The position numbers and the translations under genes were made by a program. The notes below the pieces were generated by a model. It made no database searches, was not told the DNA's origin, and worked only from the letters and a program-made list of their open reading frames with translations. This document shows, one piece after another, positions 32,918 to 38,434 of a DNA stretch of 38,434 nt (the stretch's first letter is position 1; each line of letters opens with the position of its first letter). Origin of the DNA: a virus (Duplodnaviria; Caudoviricetes); IMG/VR virus record IMGVR_UViG_3300046010_005694, positions 1 through 38,434 of that record, one strand, 5' to 3'.

Positions 32918-34114
32918 TTACGTCGCGCTGTTTGCGTAGTATTTCACGGCATGCACGTCGAGCAAATTACCGCCCGAACGTTGCCAACCGCAGAAACCGA
33001 CTTGATTATTCAACGCGAACGCGGAGTCGTCGAAGCGGCGAATCTGCGTTGTGTTGTTCACGTCGCGAATGAAGTATTTCGAGAAGTCACCAAACGCAAT
33101 AGATTTCGCGTTTGCTGCCATTGTCGCCATGTCATCATTAACCACCACGCCAAAGCCGAGCAACGTGTCGGGAGTACCTTGCACCAAGCTAGTTTCCCAA
33201 ATCGGGCGCCCTGTCGTGTCTTTCAACTTAGAAACGACCGCAATTGACAAATCGTTCAGCATAAAGCGAGCATTGCCGCGATATGCACGATTGACGGAGT
33301 GTTTCAAGTCGACCAAGTCGTCATAAATCACCGTCGCCGTTTGCCCTGTCGTGCCTGTTTTGCCTAGGGTTGCGCGAGGTATTACGCCGTCGGGTTGTGT
33401 CGTGCCTGTGCCGACTGTAAAGTGCGTATTTTGAATACGCGCGATACGTGTCGCCAAACGGTCTATCACATAAGCGACGATGTCGATGCCGCTGTCTTGG
33501 ATCAATTCCAAAGGCAAAGCGATTTTGTTCGACGTGTAGAAAAACGGGTTCAAAGACACATTGCCGAACACGATGTCGGCGGCGTTAGCTGCTGCGTTCT
33601 GTGCAACAATCGCGCCTACGTCGGCGGTGCCGTCGGAGGTCGGGAACGTTAACGGGTTGCCGCCGTCAGTCGGCATTAACGTCGCCACGTCACGCATCGC
33701 GCCGTATGCCTTCAAACGGTCGATCACCATTGACGCGATTAAACTTGGAACGGTAAAGCCGCCCTCGGTCGTGGTCGTCGTCGACATCGCATTGCGCACC
33801 GCTTGGAGCTTGTCGCCTTCCAAGTTGAAACCGTTGCGAATGTAAAGGGCAATCGCGTCTTTAACGTCGATCAAGCCTTCGGATTTCTTCGACGCTTGGT
33901 TTGTTGCGTCCTTGAAGAAATTGTCGGCTTCGATATGGCGTTGCTGCTCGATAGCTTTCATTTGAGAATTAGCGTTGCTAATTTGGTCGAGTAAGCCGTC
34001 GTAATTGGCTTGGTCTTCTTTCGTCCAAATTTGATCGCCCTTGTCGGCTAAAATATTTTTTGCTTGGCGCGCTAAATTTGCCACTTTCTCGCGCAGTGCT
34101 TGGAGATTATCCAT
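32918..34114 (-). CDS. Major capsid protein, HK97 fold
   Basis: Coiled-coil delta domain, EGGFTVP, ELIQDS, LKDTTGRPIW, IAFGDFSKY. Confidence 0.97.
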   Translation of the reverse strand: MDNLQALREKVANLARQAKNILADKGDQIWTKEDQANYDGLLDQISNANSQMKAIEQQRHIEADNFFKDATNQASKKSEGLIDVKDAIALYIRNGFNLEGDKLQAVRNAMSTTTTTEGGFTVPSLIASMVIDRLKAYGAMRDVATLMPTDGGNPLTFPTSDGTADVGAIVAQNAAANAADIVFGNVSLNPFFYTSNKIALPLELIQDSGIDIVAYVIDRLATRIARIQNTHFTVGTGTTQPDGVIPRATLGKTGTTGQTATVIYDDLVDLKHSVNRAYRGNARFMLNDLSIAVVSKLKDTTGRPIWETSLVQGTPDTLLGFGVVVNDDMATMAANAKSIAFGDFSKYFIRDVNNTTQIRRFDDSAFALNNQVGFCGWQRSGGNLLDVHAVKYYANSAT

Positions 34115-34135
34115 TTTTCAGGTTCCTATTAAATG

Positions 34136-34158
34136 AAAAAACCGCCTTGCGGCGGTTC
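34136..34158 (-). terminator. Terminator-like hairpin upstream of the capsid gene
   Basis: Minus strand AACCGCC-GCAA-GGCGGTT plus T run. Confidence 0.6.
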
Positions 34159-34206
34159 GTTTTGAAAGTGTCCGACTTTCGGCGGATTCGTTGCGCGAGA
34201 GCGCTT

Positions 34207-34956
34207 CTAAATTAGGGCTAGATGTAATCGATTTTGATTGTGTTGAGTCGCGCTTACTTGCTCGGGTGTCGGCACCTCGGGCGGTGTTGCTTTGTTCTCG
34301 GGGGATACCTCGGGCGCTTTCGGTGCGTTCTTGTACGCCGCCAAGTTCCACGCGTTCGCGGTGCCTTGCTTGCCTGTCGCAATCGAATCGACGAAACCGC
34401 CGTCGAGGGCTTCTTGTGCTGTCATCCAGGTTTCGGCGTCCATCATTGCGACGATTTCCTCGGCGGGTTTGCCTGTCTTGGTCGTGTAATCGTTCACGAT
34501 TGCGAGTTCAATTTTTTCCAACAGGTCGGCGGTTTCGCGCAATTCTGTCTTATCACCCCAAGCGACCCCGCTTGCGTTGTGGATCATAAACATAGCGCCT
34601 TCGGACATTTCCACCGTGTCGCAAGCGAGCGCAATGCTCGTTCCCGCACTCGCGCAAAGCGAGTCGATATGTGCGGCGGTCTTGCCGTCAAAGCGTCGCA
34701 AAGCCGCCATAATCGCGCGGGCTTCGAATACGTCACCGCCTGGGGTGTTAATGTAGACGTGCAAGGTGTCGGCACCCTGGGCGCTGGTGATCGCTTCGGC
34801 GACCGTTTGCGCATTGACGCCCCAATAGGAATCGATCACGTCGTAAATGTAGAGCGACGCGTCGAACGATTTTTCGTTCGTTGCCGTCTTTGTGAAATTA
34901 AGCGGCTTGCCGATTAGGGCTTTATTGCTCGCATATAGCTTGTGCATTTGTTTCAT
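34207..34956 (-). CDS. ClpP-like (S14) prohead maturation protease
   Basis: INTPGGDVFE, CASAGT (Ser), FMIHN (His), ETWMTAQEAL..GFVD. Confidence 0.95.
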   Translation of the reverse strand: MKQMHKLYASNKALIGKPLNFTKTATNEKSFDASLYIYDVIDSYWGVNAQTVAEAITSAQGADTLHVYINTPGGDVFEARAIMAALRRFDGKTAAHIDSLCASAGTSIALACDTVEMSEGAMFMIHNASGVAWGDKTELRETADLLEKIELAIVNDYTTKTGKPAEEIVAMMDAETWMTAQEALDGGFVDSIATGKQGTANAWNLAAYKNAPKAPEVSPENKATPPEVPTPEQVSATQHNQNRLHLALI

Positions 34957-36221
34957 TTTGTCGGGTTCCCGTTGTCTGGTTTCGCTGCCGCGACCGATTT
35001 AAAAAGGGTGTCGCCGCCGTCTTTCGGGGCTAGGCGTTTGCGGCGGCGTATTTCGTTTACCGTCATCCACCCGTCGCCCGCGCCGTTACCGCCGACCGCT
35101 TTGCGGAAATATTCACCCTGGGCTTGCAAGTCGCCCTCGATCAAAGCGTCGCGGTCGAACTCGATAAACTTGCCCGTATCGCGCGGGTATAACTTGCGGT
35201 TAATTTCTTGCTCGATCTTGATAAGCCACGGTTGCAAGGTGTATTGCACAAAGCCGCGACCGAGCGCTTCGAGACCGGAGCCCCAGGAAGTCGACCCGCT
35301 TGTCTCGCCGATAAGGTGAGGAGGAACGCCGAACGCGCGGCAAATATCCAAAACGGTAAATTTCTGCCCTTCGATCAATTGCGCGTCGTTCGCGTCAATG
35401 CTGATTTGATTTGCCTTTAATCCCTCGGTCAGTACCAGGGGCAAGCGATGCGCATTTGAAAGCCCCGCGTATTTATTCGCGAACGCTTGTTGCAATAATT
35501 TGATTTGGTCGGCGTCCATTTTCTCGGGTGCTTCGAGAATAATCGACGGATGCGCGCCGTTTTCGAAGAACTTGCCCGAGTATTCGGACATCGCAAGCGC
35601 GTTGCCGATTGAATTGCGCGCGCCGTATTGGATCACCGACATCGAGCGCAAGGTCGTATCGTCGAAGCCCAAGCCCGTAAAATGTAAAATTTCGGACGGT
35701 GAGAACCACGATTTGATGTTATGCGTCGGCATGTTCACGTAATAGCGAACCTCGCCGTTCGTTCGAACTGGTGAAACGCTGCCCCAGGGTAAAAACAACA
35801 ATTCGCGTATTTGCCCGCTCGCGGTGCGACGGATTAACGCGAACGCGTCGCCGCGCAATAACATCGAAATTAGGGTGCTTTCCCAAAACGCGGCGGCGGT
35901 GTAATTGCCCGACGGTTGTTCGTTTAGTTTGTACCAAAGATCATCGCGCGGGGCGATTTCGGGAACGTCGCCCCCGTTATGGCGGAACGTGTTAAGACGC
36001 ATTGAGACAATCGCGCCCGAGATTTTAGCCACGCAAGCGGCGACCGTCGACACCCGCATCGCGGTCGTCGCTGTAACGGTTGTGCCGCTTGGCGAAATAC
36101 CGAACGTTTCAAGCATCGCTTGGGCGTCGTTATAGGACAAATTTCGGACGTTCGCGGCGTTCGGGCGTGTTTCGTCCCCGCGCCAGTGCTTAGTCGCGTT
36201 AATTACGTCGAAATATTCCAT
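34953..36221 (-). CDS. Portal protein, HK97 family
   Basis: V.ACV..IS, LLRGDAFA, FFENGAHPS, DICRAFGVPPHLIG, WMTVNEIR. Confidence 0.97.
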   Translation of the reverse strand: MEYFDVINATKHWRGDETRPNAANVRNLSYNDAQAMLETFGISPSGTTVTATTAMRVSTVAACVAKISGAIVSMRLNTFRHNGGDVPEIAPRDDLWYKLNEQPSGNYTAAAFWESTLISMLLRGDAFALIRRTASGQIRELLFLPWGSVSPVRTNGEVRYYVNMPTHNIKSWFSPSEILHFTGLGFDDTTLRSMSVIQYGARNSIGNALAMSEYSGKFFENGAHPSIILEAPEKMDADQIKLLQQAFANKYAGLSNAHRLPLVLTEGLKANQISIDANDAQLIEGQKFTVLDICRAFGVPPHLIGETSGSTSWGSGLEALGRGFVQYTLQPWLIKIEQEINRKLYPRDTGKFIEFDRDALIEGDLQAQGEYFRKAVGGNGAGDGWMTVNEIRRRKRLAPKDGGDTLFKSVAAAKPDNGNPTK

Positions 36222-37895
36222 TTAGTCCAATGTAACGAAAGTTTGTGTGTGCGCTTTTGCGTGCGGGTTTAGCGACATCAAAGTCACCGCGTTAAAAGTC
36301 GCCATTAGTGGGTCGATTTTTGCCGAGCCCGAAACCTGTTTTGTGATCGTGATTGCGTTGCCTTGCGGTGTTGTCTTCGCATTGCCTACGCACCAAGACA
36401 TAAGCCCCGTGCCGCCGTGCTGCAAAACACCCTCGGCGAGTTTTCGTTCGGTCGTCTTGATTGCGCCCGTCAATTTCCAACCCTGGGAAACCCCGATTAT
36501 TTCGTCGTTTTCCTGGGTGATGTCTTCTTTTTCGAGCGCGTCGATAATGCCGCCGAGCCCGTGCGGATCGACGCCCACTTTGTCGAGTTTGCCCGCTTTC
36601 TTCACCTGGGCGGCGAGCGCTGCGAGTTCTGCCACGTCGTCGCCGACGTTCTCGACGAAGACCACTTCGCCCAATTTTTCGAAGTCGCTTAACTTGGCGA
36701 CTTCGGATTTCCTACGCTCTAAAACTGAAGGGTGAGCCCAAGCCCGCACCCAAAGCAACCACTTGCCCGTCGCCTTTTCCCGCCCGACCGCCGCAAAGCC
36801 CAATAAGTCATCGAGCCCGCCGCCGTCGACGCCAAGCGAAACGATTTCGGAACGCTCGATTAAATCTTCGAAGCTAAACGCGGGAATCGCTTGCGCTTCC
36901 CAAAAATCGGCACCCGCCCAACGGTTCGACCGTAAGTTCATGCCGATTTCGACGTTGCCATGCTTCGCCATGAACCCCCGCAAGGATTCGGCGCCCGCTT
37001 GCTCTGCTTTCCTATACTCGCGTTCTAGAAACGCCTGGTCTACCGAATAACCTATGTTCGGATTTGTCATCCACATATTTTCGAGCTTTAAACATTCGCC
37101 CGATGCGACCATATCGTCGGGGTGCTCAAATATCACAGGAAGAAACCCAGGATCGTGTATTTTTCCGTCGCGCACGTCTCTCGCGTACTGCAATTTCTGC
37201 TTAAAAACACCCTCGGGCGGTTCGTCGCTTTGCGTCGTCAGATAGATGATAAAACCCTCGGGGCGCGATGCAAGCCCCCCAAACGCTTCACGGAACATAT
37301 TTTCGGCGGATGCAACTTTGCCGAATAAATGCAACTCGTCCACTAACACCCCGACCGCTTTCAACCCGCCGACGGTGTTGCTATCCGCCGCTAAAACTTT
37401 TAATGTGGCGTTGCTTTCACGGTGCGTTATCGTCTTGATATGCCCTTGAACTAACATAAGGGTGTCTAGGTCTTCATCCTTAGACACCATGTCTCTCGCG
37501 GGCGTGAACGAGTTCGTCGCGACTTCTACCGTCGGGCTCAATATCGCAAATTGTGCCGATTGCCGCCAGTTTCTAACTAGCGCCGTAAGCATAATTGCCC
37601 CCGCGACCGTACTCTTCGAGTTTTTCTTGCTTACAAGTACGAAGACCTCTTTTATTAACCGCCGACCGCTTTGCGAGTCGTAAGACCCGAATATCGCCGC
37701 GGCTAGGTCGAAGACCCAAGGGGCACATGCTTCGCCCATTGTCGGGCTTCCTGGGGCGTCAACTATTCGGAGTTCCCGCATTACAGAAATAGCGGCTTCC
37801 GCTTCGTCGGGGAATATCGGCGGGGGGATTATGCTTTGCCCGTTCCGAATCCTGTCCGCCCAATCAATGCACGCCGTACTATATTCAGTGAGCAT
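36222..37895 (-). CDS. terL: Terminase large subunit (Terminase_1, cos-type)
   Basis: Walker A variant VSKKNSKST, Walker B VLVDELH, YLTTQS, nuclease GVDGGGLDD, KIDPLMA. Confidence 0.96.
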   Translation of the reverse strand: MLTEYSTACIDWADRIRNGQSIIPPPIFPDEAEAAISVMRELRIVDAPGSPTMGEACAPWVFDLAAAIFGSYDSQSGRRLIKEVFVLVSKKNSKSTVAGAIMLTALVRNWRQSAQFAILSPTVEVATNSFTPARDMVSKDEDLDTLMLVQGHIKTITHRESNATLKVLAADSNTVGGLKAVGVLVDELHLFGKVASAENMFREAFGGLASRPEGFIIYLTTQSDEPPEGVFKQKLQYARDVRDGKIHDPGFLPVIFEHPDDMVASGECLKLENMWMTNPNIGYSVDQAFLEREYRKAEQAGAESLRGFMAKHGNVEIGMNLRSNRWAGADFWEAQAIPAFSFEDLIERSEIVSLGVDGGGLDDLLGFAAVGREKATGKWLLWVRAWAHPSVLERRKSEVAKLSDFEKLGEVVFVENVGDDVAELAALAAQVKKAGKLDKVGVDPHGLGGIIDALEKEDITQENDEIIGVSQGWKLTGAIKTTERKLAEGVLQHGGTGLMSWCVGNAKTTPQGNAITITKQVSGSAKIDPLMATFNAVTLMSLNPHAKAHTQTFVTLD

Positions 37896-37897
37896 TG

Positions 37898-38344
37898 CTA
37901 TTTATTGCTTACTACTAATTTAGGCGGCGCGGATGCCGCAAATTTGCTCGCCACCTTGCCCGCCGCTTCTTGCTTTTGTTCTTTCTTGCCTTGCTCGCCG
38001 ACTTTCTTGTGTGTGTAAGGCATCAAAGCGACCGCCGCGGACACTCGCACCTTGCCGTCGGCGGTGGGGTTGTTCATCACCCAGGCGAGAAAATCTTTCG
38101 GGTCGGCGAATTGCTGCGAGTCGAAAGCGGGGTGCTGCGTGTCTGGTGCGCTTGGCGCTTCGACCTTCACCGCTTCGGCTTTCACAATGCTTTTCGCCAC
38201 CCGTGCCGCGACCTTTGCGACTTGCGCATCGTTCGGGCTTGTCACGCGTTCAGGTCGTGCGGGCACGTCTTCGAGGGGCACTATTACGGCTTTGCGCCCT
38301 GCCCCTTCCCGCTTGCCACCGCTTCGCCCTTTTACGCCCGCCAT
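37898..38344 (-). CDS. terS: Terminase small subunit
   Basis: MAGVKGRSGGKREGAGRK; DPKDFL..VMN...R..AA.ALMPY.H.K.GE.GKKE; directly upstream of terL. Confidence 0.88.
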   Translation of the reverse strand: MAGVKGRSGGKREGAGRKAVIVPLEDVPARPERVTSPNDAQVAKVAARVAKSIVKAEAVKVEAPSAPDTQHPAFDSQQFADPKDFLAWVMNNPTADGKVRVSAAVALMPYTHKKVGEQGKKEQKQEAAGKVASKFAASAPPKLVVSNK

Positions 38345-38414
38345 TTGATTAACCTTTTGCCCCTTTGGGGTTCCATTTGATTGTTACTAGGAGGGAATTT
38401 TTTCTGTACGTGAG

Positions 38415-38424
38415 GGAACGGTCG
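38415..38424. other. Putative cos cohesive-end sequence, right copy (GGAACGGTCG)
   Basis: Matches 20-29; the last ~10 bases look like a fold-back/low-quality tail. Confidence 0.6.
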
Positions 38425-38434
38425 TTCCTCTTTT

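Larger units (their letters stand above)
1..38434. mobile_element. Complete or near-complete temperate siphophage genome (HK97-type head, cos packaging, tRNA-His-targeting integrase)
   Basis: Full set of packaging, head, tail, lysis, lysogeny and replication modules; intact attP; ends fall between HNH and terS and share a 10-mer; no host genes seen. Confidence 0.95.

Noticed and set aside
34207-34956. Host-type clpP as an auxiliary gene
   Set aside because: Its position between portal and capsid identifies it as the prohead protease.

Overview
Apparently complete (~38.4 kb) genome of a temperate, cos-type HK97-fold siphovirus in its excised/virion form. It probably infects a Proteobacterium; Betaproteobacteria is only an inference from gene content and the tRNA-His sequence. 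The window opens and closes at the packaging site between the HNH gene and terS: GGAACGGTCG occurs at both ends, and bases 1-11 are an Illumina adapter remnant. Layout: (-) HNH, late promoter/terminator, secreted protein, Q-like regulator, PrimPol-helicase, Cro; (+) XRE repressor, then an early operon with a 9-aa-repeat protein, DUF2800 nuclease, DUF2815 SSB, PolA, VRR-NUC, SNF2 helicase, DUF3310 fusion, Xis and tyrosine integrase; an AT-rich, apparently autoregulated three-gene mini-operon; an intact attP whose core is the 3' half of tRNA-His(GUG); then (-) terminase, portal, ClpP-type protease, capsid, head-tail, tail (2581-aa tape measure with 19 x 60-aa repeats), YadA-like fibre and lysis genes. 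Best candidates for new biology: the operator + two small ORFs + RHH operon beside attP (anti-defence/Acr-Aca-like or TA-like architecture), an RNA hairpin/pseudoknot motif at late-gene junctions, a structured RNA upstream of polA, the repeat-expanded tape measure with a minimal tail tip, and near-total GGCC avoidance. All family calls are by eye from motifs and synteny; no searches were run.
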